From Vermamoeba vermiformis (taxonomy: Eukaryota), in contig JBEWZL010000184.1 of NCBI GenBank assembly GCA_045837725.1, positions 124,001-188,000 on the forward strand: a stretch of DNA of 64,000 bases. Reading direction: 5' to 3'. Made by a program: the position numbers and the translations under genes. Within the stretch, counting starts at the first letter, position 1. Each line of letters opens with the position of its first letter. Shown piece after piece: positions 1 to 14,212 of this stretch. Under the pieces are notes generated by a model. It was not told the origin of the DNA. It was given only the letters and a program-made list of their open reading frames with translations, and searched no databases.

Positions 1-892
1 AACTTCCCCGAGGAGCACATGCAGCGCATTGCAGCACCCTTCGCCCCCGTGTTCAAAGCCGAGTCCGTGCGACAACGCATGCTGCGCCTGCTGCAACAAC
101 ACAAGCCCGAGCAGATTGACGAGAAGTCAGAGCTGGGGCAGCTGTTGAAGATCCGTCAGTACCTGCTCAAACGATTCAACGAGCGACTGCAGATCACGTG
201 CGCCGCGTTGAAGCGCACTGTGCTGCCCGGTGAACCACCACCACGCTGGACCTGGAGCGAGGACTTCAAACGATACGTGGGCGAGATTGTGGAGCTCGAG
301 AGGGTGATTGTCACCCTGCGCGCGAGTGCGAGGTACGTACCTGATGTCACGTGACTGGTTGTGTGACACTCCGATTGACACGTGTCACTGCAGCGAGAGC
401 AAGAAAGAGCCAGGCAAAGAGAGCAAGCCCGTGGACATGAACAAAGCGCTCAAGCCCATGTACAGCGAGTTGAGTGCCATGTGGCCCGAGGGCTGGATCA
501 CCAATCAGCGCATTGCCACGGCTGTCAAACCTCGCGCCAACGATGCACTGCCCACTCCCAAGCAGTTGATCGAGCACTACACGCCCTACCTCACGGGAGA
601 GAAGAGCGACGAGATATTTCCGCGCCCCTCCGTACTCGCCAGCACGACCAATAACACTGTCGCGCAAGTCAGATCCGGGCCACCCATGCCGCAGCACACA
701 GCTGCACCGACGCAAGCCTCAGTGCAAGGACTGCCGAGTGGACTGGCGTTCAATCAACTCACTGGTCTGGGCTGGTCACCCTCCCTGCCAATACCCACTG
801 CATTCCCGCAATACAACTTGTACCCGCAGCAGATGTACAATAATAATGCGCCTATTAAGCCAGGCGAGTTTCCGTACTACACGCCGCAATAA
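1..892 (+). CDS. Ubinuclein/HPC2-like histone chaperone subunit, 3' part (5' end outside window)
   Basis: Exons joined by intron ~333-393 (gtacgt...cag). Motifs PPPRWTWSEDFKRYVGEIVELE and MYSELSAMWPEGWI resemble the ubinuclein middle domain (PRKKFQW..., LWPxGWM). Confidence 0.55.
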
Positions 893-1007
893 ACTTGTAT
901 TCATAGCGATTGTTTGAGCGGTTCTGCCATGAAATTCCAGCGGTGATTGTTATTCGTCGATCTAAACGTAACACACAGCACCTCGTACGAGTCCTTGCAG
1001 TTGACAA

Positions 1008-2307
1008 ATGGGTCAAGGCAAATCAAAGAATAAAAAACCAACTACCACTACCACCACTAACAGTGGCAATACAACCAAGCCCACTACCTCCACACCCAAT
1101 CAGGGTCACGTCCTCAACCCAACTCAACCAACAAATACTGATTCAAACTCTTCTAATACACCAACTACACGAACAGACAACAAAAATACGGCCAATACTA
1201 CTAAAACGAAGTAAGCAATAATTAATTTATTAAAATCGGTGAATTACCATTTTAATTTTAATAATTTGTTATTCAGTCAAAATACCGCTTCGACTAAAGG
1301 CACAAAGAATGAAGCTACTAGCAGTGGATTTTCTCAAAAAAAACTGGAAAAGCTCTTTGAGAAATACAAAGGTTCGCATCAAAAAATCTTCGTGATCTAT
1401 TCAGTGCATAATAATCGGCTCCACTAAACATTAATACCATTAATATTAACAATACTCGTGGCTGACAATATTATTCTGCACTAGAACCCACGGATGATGT
1501 TATCGGCCCAAACGGTGTCGAAACTCTTTGCGCAGATCTACTAGTGCAGCCAGAAGATGTAGGTGCCCCCTCACACTGCTATATACTAATACATCGATCA
1601 TATCAGGTGGTGACACTAGTGCTGGCATGGCGACTCAATGCAGCAGACATGGGCTACTTTACGAAAGAAGAGTTCATGACAGGCCTGGAAAAGATGAAGT
1701 AAGCTCGTGTGACTACTAGCGACTATATATATGACTCACCTCGCTGCTAGTGTGGACTCGGTGGAGAAATTGATTGCACAACTGCCCGTGATGCGCAAAG
1801 AGCTGGCCGATGCGACCAAGTTCAAAGAGATCTATCGCTACTCGTTTCAATTCGCCAAGTCTGACAAGGAACAGAAGAGCTTAGGTACGCACCAGTACGA
1901 TGTGTGCAGCAGTGACTGACCGACGCAACAGATCTAGAGACAGCTGATGGTATCTTGGGGCTGTTACTCGGCGGCTACGAGCACGAAGATGTGTCGATCA
2001 AGCCCTATCCGCACATCACTGCCTTCAGGACCTTCTTGAAAGACGTATGTAGCACTGCGCTAGTGCGGTAGTGTGGTACTAATCGATGGACAGCAATCGC
2101 AATACAAAGTGATCAATATGGACCAGTGGATGTCTATTCTCGAATTCTCAAAATCAGTCAAAGAAGATCTGAGTGACTACGATGAGAATGCGGCGTGTAA
2201 GTACTCGAGTGCGAGGTCAGCGTTGTTCACTAGCTTACCATCATTAATTAGGGCCCGTACTGCTCGATATGTTCGTTGAGTGGAAGCGCGAGAAGAACGA
2301 CGCTTAA
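1008..2307 (+). CDS. DCN1-like cullin neddylation E3 (PONY domain), N-myristoylated DCUN1D3-type
   Basis: Multi-exon. Begins MGQGKS (myristoylation-type N-terminus). Contains [58 protein letters not shown] and [17 protein letters not shown]. Confidence 0.9.
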
Positions 2308-2457
2308 CAAGCTCCAATTCTTGTAATTTATAATACTCCGAGCAACGTTCTTTGTTAGATCTGAAACAACATTTGCTTGGAGTTATGTCTTTTTTATTTG
2401 TACATAAAACCTTAATACTACCCGTACACGCGATGTTCGTCTTTCGCCATTCGGTAA

Positions 2458-2483
2458 TTTGGCGCGCATTGTTGGCGCCAAAA
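2458..2483. promoter_or_regulatory. Two E2F-like sites upstream of PDS5
   Basis: TTTGGCGCGC at 2458 and palindromic TTGGCGCCAA at 2472, about 80-100 nt before the PDS5 ATG. Confidence 0.4.
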
Positions 2484-2558
2484 AAAATGAAATGCCACTA
2501 TCTTTTTTCTCTTCACTTCGGGTACCAGACAAGAGCTCACCTTGAATGAATTATAGTG

Positions 2559-5500
2559 ATGTCTGATAAACTTCAATTGAAACAATTAAATAGCTCTTAT
2601 TTAAGTACGGCTAAGCTGACTACAGAGGAACTGAAGCAGCGACTTCGAGTAAGCAAAATAATTATTAATCGAGCGAAAGCAATGGCAACTACTCGCTAAT
2701 TGATGCACCGAATATTAAAATTAATAATTCAATTTTTTTTAGAAATTAGCTGACTACTTGTCCGGGCTCGATCAAGACGTCAACACCTCCTCTTTGGACG
2801 AAATCGCTGCGTCTCTAGTCCAGACGCCAATATTAAAACACAAGAACAATGACATTCAATTGCTCGCAGCTTGTTGTCTCGCGGACATTATTCAAATCTA
2901 CGCGCCAAACGCGCCTTACGACGATGATCAATTACAGGTAATCTTGTCGCGTACTTAACTGCGAAGCTAATTGGTTTTTAAAAGTCGGTCTTCAAACTAT
3001 TTATCAAACAACTACAAGGCTTAGAAAACATTCAAAAGGATAAAGATGTGGATGAGAACGCCAAACGTCTTACTTATTTACTCGAAAAACTCGCCTTGGT
3101 GAAAGCCTTTGTTCTTGTTATCGAAGAAGAGAAACTCATCGTCAAGTTGTTCGACACTTTCTTCAAAGTGATTCGCCCGCTACACGCGAATCTGATCGTC
3201 ATCCATATGCTCGATATAATGGTCTCGTGCCTCGAAGACAGCGATGTAATACCCATCTCAGTACTCGAGGTCATTCTCTCCAACTTGTTAGCCGGTGTAA
3301 GTCGATTCAACCTTCAGGTACGTCAGTCAACTGACCACAGATGTGACAGAAAGAGAACTCTTCCGCCAAGATGATGGCTCAGACTCTTATTCATCGCGCC
3401 GCTGACAAGTTACAACCGTTTATTACCAAATTCTTGAATGATCTGCTGATGGAAGGCAAGACCAGCGAGACAGATCTGAGCAGTCGCGCGTACGAGCTCA
3501 TCTTCGAACTCAACTTTGTCAACGCCTCTCTGCTGCTCTATGTGCTGCCACAGCTCGACAATCAGCTCAAAGTTGAAGACTTGGAGACACGCAGCTCCGC
3601 AGTGCAGCTGTTAGCACGCATGTTTGCAGCCAAGGACTCCACACTGCCCTCGAGTTATCCGCACTTGTTCAGCGCATTCTTGGGTCGATTCAAAGACATC
3701 AATCCGGACATTCGCATTGTCATGGTGCAGTTTGCGGAGCACTTTATTGTCAATCAAGCGGACGACAAGTTACTCAACACAGTGACAGGTACAAAAGAAT
3801 CTTTGTGCGGTCTATTCACGATACTGATCTTGTAATCAGCGGAACTCAAAGCCAAGGTCGTAGATCCGAAAGAAGAAGTGCGTGCTGCTGCGGTCACTTC
3901 GCTTGGCAATGCCATTCGCTCCATGAACACGACACGTATCGGCACAGCACTCACTGGTCGCAGCAGTTGGTTGACGGCGCTCATTCACGACGCCACTCAA
4001 CGATTGCGCGATCGTAACGCGACTGTGCGACACGCAGCCAGCGATGCATTGGCAGCATTGTGGGGCCACGCACGAGCTCACTGGAGTACCAATGCCCTCA
4101 GCAAGTCACGTGTAGACACGTTGCCTGGAGCAGTGCTCTCATTGTTCTTGTTGCCCGAGGCTGAAGACAAATGTCGTGCCGAACGCGCTCTTGTGACAAT
4201 GATCAACAGCGCGCAGAATGATGTGCACGCAGATGACGCGTCACCAGCGAAGAAGAAGAACAAATCAACCGTGCACAAACAGCGCGTGTCCACACTGCTC
4301 GCACTCGTGACTTCTCTCGATGAGCGCGGCAGTCAAGCCCTCAACATTCTGTTGCGTGACAAGCGCGCATTCATTGACGAGTTCAAGAGTTACTTGAGCA
4401 TGCGCAAAGAGCACGCCAACTCCGACACATTGGCCAAGAAAGCCGCACATCTCGCCGCTCGCTTGCCTGGCAGCGTTGAGAAGTTCAAAGCGACAGTTGA
4501 CGATGGCAAAGAAAAGCTGATGCGCAGCTTCGAGACATTGCTCGACGCCTCATCGTCTACTAAGCAAATAGCAGCTGCGCGCGACTACTTGGTGAATGGT
4601 GAGCCAGACAAGGGCAAAAAGAAGCGCAAAGTGTCTGCAAGGCAATCTTACGTGACTGAAATTGTCAACAAGCTGTCCATGGACTTGATTCAACAAGACG
4701 ATGTGCCTTATTTATTCGAGGCCCTGAGTGATGTCAACAAAGAGGATGAAGTCAAAGTGCTCAAGTTCTTGGAGGTGTTGGCTGCTTCATTCCCCAATTT
4801 TTTCACCAACTCGTTCGACTCGCTCACCGAACTGCTGGGCTCTGACAGCGACGAGATGGTGGACAATGCATTGCGCATGTTAACAAACATCGGCAAAGTG
4901 ATTGGTGATGTGGAGGAAGACAATCTCTCACAGATGGTTAGGTAAGGCACAGAACTTGGGGTTGTATGGGTGAGAGACTAACACTCGTGTCAGTGACGTG
5001 CAGAAGAAGTTGAGTGCACTGTGTTCGCACGGTACGCCTGTGCAAGCTAAGTACGCCGTGCGAGCCCTGCAATATGTGAGCAAGAACGCAGCCAACAGCA
5101 ACAGCAAGTTGGTTAAGGACTTGATCGCCAAATTGTCCGACAAGAAGGACGGCAAACAAGCCACAGTGTTGCGCGCTCTGGCTGAACTCTGCGTGCGTGC
5201 AGCAGACAAAGTGCAAGACGAAGTGGTCGATGTCGCGCAACAAGTGCTGCTCAAGACTTGGAAGGGCAACAACATTGCGGAGCTGAAGTGCCTCGCCATT
5301 GCTCTGCTGCGCAACTACTTCTTGATTCGTGCCGAACCCACTGGCAAGTCAAAAAAGAACAAGAAAGACGATGCAGACCCTCAAGCCATCAAATTTGTCG
5401 ATCAATTGTTCGACTTGATTGAAGGTGACAGCGCCTTGCTCACTGGGGCTAAGGATGATGACAAGACGCAAGTGCGCACTACTGCCGCTTCTGCTGTCTT

Positions 5501-7115
5501 GAAACTCGCGCGTCAAAAGCGCTACGATGCCCTGATCACACTCGAACGATACCAACAACTCGCGCAACTGCTTGTTAGTGGCGAGTCTGAATTGCGCGGT
5601 GAGCTGCTCGAGAAATTGTACAAGGGATTGCGCGGTGTGAATGAACTGCCACTGCGCTACTTGGCCTACTTCGCCCTTTACGGCAACGACCGTGAACACG
5701 TCGTCAAGGCCAAGAAGTACTTTGCAGCCTGTGTGCAGACTCGCCGTCAGTTCTTGAAGCAGAATCAAGATCAATTCGTGCAAGAAGAGCCAGAAGATGA
5801 AGACGACGAGGCACACGGCAAGAAGTCCATTCCCAACGCCGTCAAAGTGATCATGCGCGTGATGCCCGAGTACAGCTTGCCCTGGACTGTGCACTTGTTG
5901 GCGCACTTGCCGTACTTTGAAGAGGACAAGCCGAGCTACACAGTCACCGTCAAGTACTTGAACATGTGGATGGAGACTGTGCTCCGCGGCTCCTCGACCA
6001 CTGCTGGCAATCGATCTCTGGTGCGTCAAGCCCTGGTAGATATTCGTCAGACCAATGACGCACAGGACGCAGACAATCACAATGTGCACACAGTCGCAGA
6101 ATTGGCATATCGCGTCTTGAACGAGCACTACGCCATCACAGCAGTGCAAGACAAACAGGCCAATATGGAGACGTTCTACTTGCCCCAAACACTCTTCACC
6201 ATGCCTGAAAAACTTCTGTCGCTGTCACAGACCTTTTTGCCGGATGATTATCACCTGCCATCGGGCAAGAACAAGATCCAACAATTGCTCGCCGAGACTG
6301 ACAAGAAGAAGGGCAAAGAGAGCGATGAAGAGCAGAGCGATGAACAACTCGAAGACAAGCGCAAGAAGAAAAAGAACGACGACGACTCAGTGTCAGAAGT
6401 GCGTCCCAAGGGCAAGAAGAGAAAAGCCGCAGAAGAGCCCGAAGAGTCCGAGAGTCGTCCGAAGAACAAGAAGAGCAAACGCGCCGAGGAACCAGCCAAG
6501 GGCAAGAAGAAAAACAAGGCCGAAGAGGAGGAAGAGAACGGTGAAGAGGCTGAAGAAGAGACTAACACGCGTGCTAAAGGCAAGAAGAACAAGAAAGCCG
6601 AGCCCGTAGAGGAAGAAGAGCAAGAGGAGCCTGAAACCAAGGGCAAGAAGGGTCAAAAGAACAAGAGGGCCGAGCCCGTGGAGGAAGAGGAGCCAGAGGA
6701 GCCTCAACCACGCGGCAAGGGCAAGAAGAACAAACAATCCGAGCCTGTAGAGGATGAGAAGCAAGAGGAGCCTGAGACCAAGAGCAAGAAGGGTCAAAAG
6801 AATAAGAAAGCTGAGCCTGTAGAGGAAGAGGAGCCCGAGACTAAGCAATCTAAGGGCAAAAAAGGCAAGAAATCAGCGGCTGTCGAAGAAGAAGCTCCTC
6901 GCAAGGGCAAAAAGAATAAGACTGAGCCCGAAGAGGAGCAAGAAGAGCCCAAGCCAGCGACCAAGAAGCAGAGCAAGAGCGCTGCCAAGAAGAGCAAGGC
7001 GGATGAGAGCGACACCTCTCCGAACAAGAAGCGCAAACGTGAAGCCAGCGAAGAAGAAGAGCCCGAGGAGCCTGAGATCACGCACAAACGCAAACAGCGC
7101 AAGACGAGCAAGTAA
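2559..7115 (+). CDS. PDS5: Sister chromatid cohesion protein PDS5 (HEAT repeats, long charged C-terminal tail)
   Basis: Motifs LLAACCLADIIQIYAPNAPY, LLYVLPQLDNQLKVEDLETR, FLGRFKDINPDIRI, GTPVQAKYAVRAL and MPEYSLPWTVHLLAH. About 5 short introns. Confidence 0.93.
6400..6960 (+). repeat. Degenerate ~60-nt coding tandem repeat (KGKKNKKAEPVEEEE(Q/P)EEPET) in PDS5 tail
   Basis: Recurrent aagggcaagaag...gagcccgtagaggaagaggag units, seen directly. Confidence 0.8.
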
Positions 7116-7206
7116 CACCCGTCCATTGTACCTGCTTCATAAACTTGTAATATAGATTTCACAGTTTTGGTGGCTATTTATATACTCGGTTATATTCACA
7201 AAAGGG

Positions 7207-8178
7207 TTAGTTCGCAGTGTTGGGGCCAGCACTACTCGGGCTGTTCTTCAGTTTCTCGGCCAGTTTCTTGCGCATGGCGAGTTCGTGCTCCATCAAGAAC
7301 AAGTGCGCGTCTTCTTTCATCAGCTGCGACACTTCGGGCTTGAAGTCTGCCTCGTCAGGTTCTTCTTCGACTTGGAAGAAGCCAGCGAGATCTGGCTCGT
7401 TGATGACCTGTTCAAACATCTCCGTGTCCGACACCTTGCGGCCAGAGCCAAAGCCCTGCGCGTTCATGTTCAGCAAGATGTCAAAGCCACCGAGAATCGC
7501 CGCACCGAGCAGACCGTTCTTCAACATGGCACGAGGTCCTCTGCGCATCGTGGACACCGCACCCGTGAGGAAACCAGCGGTGGCGTGATTGATGGTGTCG
7601 TCCACGCCTCGAATGCCGCCCAAAAAGCAGTCGAACACGGGGTACAAGAAGCCCCACAGACCAAAACTCATCGCTGTCTTCAGGCCTTTGCGCTTGCACG
7701 CGTACCAACTGGAGAGATATAAATAGCGCCACTTGTAGGAGCGCGGATATCTGATAGAATACTGTTAATCAGTGCTATTATAATGCTGCGAATTGAACTG
7801 AAATTTGAAATATTGGTGCAGATCTGGTGGTGAATTCAACGATAAATATTAATTAAATTCTAAAAAATACAAGGTATTATATACTTAATTGCATTTATAT
7901 ACAATTTCACCGCACCATAATATTCAATTATTTAAAATAATTACAACTAAAGCAGCATGTCACCGCGCATCCGTTACTTACTTCCCCCCAAAGCTGCGTT
8001 CTTCTTTAAGTAATCGCCGCGATGTCCTCCGAAAAGCTTTGCCACCGTGCCACGCAAAGCCAGCAATCATGCCCATAGTGAATGCGCTGCCAAAGTCGCT
8101 GTAGATCTTGTCAGGACACTCTTCACCGCCCTCCAAGACCTCTTCCAATGCCTCAAAGCCAGTCTCGTCTTCACCCAT
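7207..8178 (-). CDS. Tim17/Tim22/Tim23-family mitochondrial inner-membrane translocase (Tim17-like)
   Basis: ECPDKIYSDFGSAFTMG, SFGLWGFLYPVFDC, IRGVDDTINHATAGFLTG (PRAT-like motif). One intron ~7752-7983. Confidence 0.8.
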
Positions 8179-8363
8179 TGTTGATCGCTGCTAGTGTGAG
8201 TCTCAACACGCGTGAGTTGTGTTGTTGCGATCGCGCTGATCTGTTCAACTGCCTGCACGGTCAGTACACGACTAAGAAATGAGGAACAACGCGTGAGAAC
8301 CGAAGTGATACAATATCGTCTTTGTTATATATACAAGTGAGCTATAATACAGGCAGTGGTGGG

Positions 8364-9297
8364 CTATTTCTTCTTGTCTTTCTTCATCTTGGCCGCGCAG
8401 TCAGGACAGTACCACTTGCCCTTCACTGGACCACTCAGCCCCACGCACTCGAAGTGGAACCATTCAATCGCGCACTCGGGGTTGTCGCAGCCAATCATCT
8501 CGCCGAACGACACTCGGCCGCACGTGCAGTAAGTAGGCTCGTTCGGATCGATCGGCATCTCAACTTCAGCGCCGAGAGGCACGCCATTGACGCCTAGTGG
8601 TCCGCGAACATCACCCGCTGACTTTTGATCCCTATTGCGAGGCATATTAGTGCTGCGTAACAAGACAGATCTGCCGCGTACTTCTTGCGCGGTACTTTGC
8701 CGAGTCCAGGGCCCTGTGCTGCGAGCTTCTTGCCGCCAGTAGACTTGAGTGTTTGCGACTGCACTTGTTGCTGCTGCTTTCTCTCGTCTTCGAGCTCAGC
8801 TTCAAACTTCTTCAAATCCTGATCCAAGCGACGGATGTGTTTGTCAACCTAGAAGCAGTCAGATAGAGTATCGCAGTGCAGTCTATTCACTACTACGCAC
8901 CAAATCATATGTCTGCACTGCAAGCGACACTTTTTCATCGCAGTGCGACACGCAGTTCTCGAGCTCTTCGCGCATCTGCTGAATTTGCTCGTCGGTAAAT
9001 AATTCTTTTAAATTCTTCTTATTGCCCGATTGATAGGCGACCATCATTTCTTCTACGCGTGTTGACGTTTCTATATTTTATTTGTAAGAATTTGAGATCT
9101 AAAATTTGAAGTTAATCGAATTGATTCACCGTGCCTTTAGTTCTGTCGTCCAATTCGCGCATCAAACTGAAGTTGCGACGCAATTCAGCTGGCAGCGTGG
9201 AGATGCCTGTGAGAGTGCGCTATTGTTAGTCGACGAGCTCGCATGCACAAAAGCGAGCTTGCTTACTCTCGAGGTAGTTCTCTAAATACGTGCTCAT
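8364..9297 (-). CDS. ING-family PHD finger protein
   Basis: Begins [29 protein letters not shown]. Contains [21 protein letters not shown] and PHD finger [36 protein letters not shown]. Confidence 0.93.
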
Positions 9298-9596
9298 AGT
9301 AGAGTTGATACTACGCAGTGGTCTATGTTATTCGGCTCAGCTAATTATTACAGGCTGTTTTTCATCGTTCCCGCGTTTTATTTCAAAAACGGCTAACTGA
9401 TATGCGAACTCAGTGCAACTAATTGACGACACTAGGACTGATAGGTACGAAGGGTATTTCCGACCACCTCACGTTCTACTCACACAACAAGGCTTTAAGT
9501 GGAATAATGTGTGCAGGGGATGTGATCTGGATTCACTCACTCACGCCCAGCACGCATCACATGCATTTATTGTATATGGTAGTAGTAGTATGGTGC

Positions 9597-11546
9597 CTAC
9601 AGTCCCTGACGCAGCTGCTCCAAGTAGAGTTCGCTGCACAGTGCGGGGGTCTTGAGCACGGCGCGGTACTCGCACTTGGCGGGCTCGTCGACCAGCACCA
9701 ATTCATTCGCGCGGCCGCACTGCATCTCCACGCGCAGCGAGCGATTGGGTCCGTTCCAGCATCGATCACCGCTCGAGAAGTTCATTGCACTGTACTGGGC
9801 CTCAAAGCCGTCCCACTTGCTGCGATTGGTCAGTTGTGGTGACACGTGTCAAACAGCGACTTACCCCAAGTTGGTGTGGCTGTGACCATTCGCATTGCGC
9901 TGCGACGCCTTCTCCCAGGGCTTCACTTCGTAGACGTATCTGTGACACGTGTCAGTGAGTGCACTCTGCGCGGAGGTGAGCGAATGACACTTACTCCTTG
10001 TTGCGGAACTCGAGTGTGCTCTTGTAGAGTCCAAAGAACTCGCCGTGGTGTCCGAGATCGAGTTCACTGAACTTGTTCAGCTCGTCCAGCTCGCTCTTCA
10101 CGCGATCACGCTCTTTCTTCGCGGCATTCAGCGCTTCTTCGGCCTTCTCTTTCTCTGCACGGAGGGGTCAGTACGCAGATCACGTGGGTGCGGAATAATA
10201 ACACATCAACCTGATTTCAATGGAGAAAATGACTGCAGAATGGAATTGAAAGCGGATCTGACCCCACTCAGCAACTGCTCTGCTGCCAACTGTGAATAGG
10301 CTGTGCGTGCATAGGCCAGGGGTCAGTCACGTGACTTACCGAATTTGGAAGGCTGCACAGACTCGTGCTGATTGACGCGCTCCTCGACGAGTTGCTTGAC
10401 CTTGTTCTCGCGCTCACGGGCCTCATTCACTTGCGCACGAGCCACACGTGCAATGCGCTCCTCGTCAGTCTCGTCGTCTGGCACTGTCTCGCTGCCCTCC
10501 TCCGCACTCACTGTCGCACCCACTTCACTCTCCACCGCACTCTGCACCTCACTCTCGACCAGGGCACGCTGGCTCTGGTACTCGCTGTCTGCGGCAGAGT
10601 GCTTGGCGGCGAGTTCAATCACGTGCTGTTCGAGGCTCGCGTGCTCGGCGGTGAGGGCACTCAACTTGCGCTGGTTCTCGGTCTGTTGCGCGCGATACGA
10701 CTCGATCCACTCGCTGCGCACGCGCATGCCTTCTTCGGCCTCGGCGAGCACTCCGCGCTGACACGTGATCAGTGCATGCACCACACGACTCGCTGACACT
10801 TACCAACTGCGCGGCACGTGCTTCAGCTTCAGCGGCACAGGTGTTGGGACAGTTGATTGCCTTATTAGGTAATTGCACCAATTCATCGCCACTCTTGCTG
10901 AGCCACTCGTCGCTGCCATCACAACAGTCTGCGAGAGGTGTCAGCTGGCACTACAGCTCATATATATGTGATATAGAGCGCTATACTATAGCTCATTACA
11001 CGTACCGCAAATGCCGTCGTTCACCCACGAGCTCGGCACAGATTTGCCGCGCGAGCCTGGATTGGCGCAGTAGAAGTGGCCGTTGTAACACGCAGCGGTG
11101 CCTGTACGATGAACGGTTACTAAATATGGCAATGCAGTCACGTGACTTACCAGGCTCATCACTGCCGTCCTCGCAGTCGCAGTAGTCGTCATTCACCCAG
11201 CTGATGGGGATGGTCTTGGCTGATTTGAACCAGCCACCGCTCTGACGACAAGAGAATGTCTCGCCAGTATAGTGCTTGTGATCTGCGTGGTCTGTGTTAG
11301 GCACATCCAGTTCAAGTGGTGACGTCATTAAATATTTGAGGAATAATTATCTTAAATTATAATTATCTTAAATTTGACTCGCAATAGCAATGTAAGGTAG
11401 AAACTGACTAGGGTGATATAAATATATATACAATATAGTAAAATAGTAGTTAAGCGCTGCATACCTTCAGGAGGCACACCAAAAGTTGGATGGAGAGCTA
11501 GGGCCACAGAGAGCAATGCACAGCTGAGAATGAACAGCTTGAACAT
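9597..11546 (-). CDS. PRKCSH: Glucosidase II beta subunit (PRKCSH/80K-H)
   Basis: Signal peptide, then [38 protein letters not shown], a coiled coil, and an MRH domain ([28 protein letters not shown]). Confidence 0.92.
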
Positions 11547-11758
11547 GTCTAATGATGATGTCTATTATATATATATAATGTTGGATACTAGTGTCACTAA
11601 TACACTAGAGTTACTAAGCAGTGTTGTTCAGTGTCTTTGGCACTTAATCACTGCCCCTCGAAACACGCTGTTATTGTCAGTCACACGCGTGCACCAACAA
11701 CACAGCTAGCACTGATAGACACACAGTAGTGTCATATACATATATCGGACAGAGCACA

Positions 11759-14136
11759 ATGAGTCGAGGCACCAAGAGGACGCGTGACGAAGCAGATGTA
11801 GCAGAGGACGATGACTTTGGCCCTCCTCGTCCCAGCGAGGGCGACGAGACTAGCGACACCAATAACAACAACACTACTACTGATGCGAGTGAAGCACAGC
11901 CCAAGAAGAAGCAGAAGATTGTCAAGTTTGAGAAGTTGTATTTGGATCTGCTGCCGAGTGCCGAGCTGTACGAGCGCAGCTATATGCACCGCGATGTAGT
12001 GTCGCACATTGTGGTCACTAAGACGGACTTTATTATCACAGCTAGTGTGGATGGACACGTCAAGTTCTGGAAGAAACAGCCGCTCGGGATCGAGTTCGTC
12101 AAACACTTCTTATCGCACACAGGTATGCATATTAATAGCACCCATATTATTATAATGCTCTCTGTATTATTGGCTGCGCAGTCGAGTGCCGTACCGCAAC
12201 GAAACTCTCGATCCACTGCCCTCCACAAAAATAATTCAGAAAATTGCAGCAATAACTCGCGCACTATCCAGCAATAATATGTGTCCTACAATAGGACTGA
12301 AATAATAATTACAATGCAGGGGAGTGGATCTGAGAAAATTCTTTGCTCATTCAATTCACTGAATTATTCGTTCACTGAAACTAATCTCGCCTTAATCTCG
12401 CAGCACCAGTCACAGGCCTCGCAGCGAGTACAGATGGTCTATTTTTAGCCTCGGCTGCCAAGGACAAGACACTCAAGGTGTATGACGTCATCAACTTCGG
12501 TACGCACTGCTGTCACGTGACAGGTGTCAGGGACTGATCTTTATTACCAAATTTAGACATGATCAACATGCTGCGCGTGCCCTTCACGCCGAGCACGTGC
12601 GAGTGGATTCACAAGCGCGGGGCCATGCGACCGCTGCTGGCAGTGTAAGTGCCTGTTTGACACGTGTCATCGACTGACTCGCGTGACAGGGGCGACAAAG
12701 ACAGCGGAACAATTCGCGTGTACGACGGCAGTGGCGTGGACAAAGACGAGCAGGGCTTCAATGTTCCGCAGCACGTGATCAGTCTGCACAAAGCGAGTGT
12801 CGTGCAGATGAAATTCAATGAAATCTACGACACGTGTCTCTCGATCGATGCGCGCGGCATGGTCGAGTACTGGTCACCTGCGGAACAATTCGGACTGCCA
12901 CGTGCCATCACCTTCCAATTTAAGACCGAGACCGATTTGTATCACTTTGCCAAGGTGAGTCAGTGACAGGTGTCAAACTGCGTGTTGCAACTAATCACGT
13001 GACAATATTTGCAGAACAAGTCAGTGCCACTCTCCCTCGCCTTCAGCCCTGATGGACGTCAATTTGCAGTCATTACGATCGATCGACAGGTGATCGTGTT
13101 CAATTTCCTTTCTGGGAAGTTGTCGCGTGTCTACGACGAGTCGCTGGCAGTGGTGACAGCGAGTCAGAAAGAGGGCGCGGAAAATCTAAAAATAGATCCG
13201 ATTGACTTTGGTCGTCGCATGGCGGTGGAACATCAGCTCGACAAGGGCTGGACTGATGGCACTGTGCCACCGCCCAGTCTCCTGTTTGACACTTCGAGCA
13301 ATTTCCTAATTTATCCCACCATGCTGGGCATCAAAGTGGTCAATGTGCACACCAATCAGCTGCGTCACGTGCTCGGCAAGTCCGAGTCGGAGCGCTACAC
13401 GGTGCTGGCACTCTACCAGGGCAAGACCACGGGCTCTGCGGCACTCGGCACACTCGCGGTCAATGCCGAGCACGATCCCACCATCTTTGCAGCTGCGTTC
13501 AAGAAACACCGCTTCTACATGTTCACGCGCCGCGACCCCGACACGGGTGTGGACGGCGATCAGTCACGTGACGTGTTCAATGAACGGCCGACCAAGGACG
13601 AACAGGCCTCCATCCCCGCGCACAAACAGCGCTCGAACAAATTGGCACGCCGCGCAGTGCTGCACACGACCCTGGGCGACATTCACCTCGCGCTGTTTGC
13701 AGATGACACGCCCAAGACCGTCGAGAACTTCACAGTGCATTCCAAAAATGGTTATTACAACGGCGTCATCTTCCACCGCGTGATCCGTGGATTCATGATC
13801 CAGACGGGAGATCCGCTGGGTGATGGCACTGGTGGCACGAGTATCTGGGGCGGAGATTTCGAAGACGAATTCGTGCCGCACTTGAAGCACGATGTGCCGG
13901 GCACGGTGTCGATGGCCAATGCGTCCAAGCCCGACACGAATGGCAGTCAGTTCTTCATCACCACCGTGCCCACGCCGCACCTCGATCAGCGCCACACCGT
14001 GTTTGGACGCGTGACACGTGGCATGGATGTCGTGACAGCCATTGAGCGCACCAAGACTGATCGACGCACGGAAAAACCATTTACGGACATCAAGATACTA
14101 AATATAGAAGTGCTGTTCGATGACGCACCGAAATAA
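11759..14136 (+). CDS. PPWD1: WD40-repeat cyclophilin (spliceosomal PPIase)
   Basis: [32 protein letters not shown], and a cyclophilin domain ([38 protein letters not shown]). Confidence 0.95.
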
Positions 14137-14212
14137 ACACGTTGCCTAATTAGTACCGAATGACACGTCACCACTATTTATTTACAACAGCTGCTCCTAT
14201 ACTACACTGCAC

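Noticed and set aside
5349-7162. Long antisense or alternate-frame ORFs (e.g. 5349-6188, 31919-32497, 47361-48110)
   Set aside because: Shadows of codon-biased or low-complexity real genes on the opposite strand, with no independent motifs.
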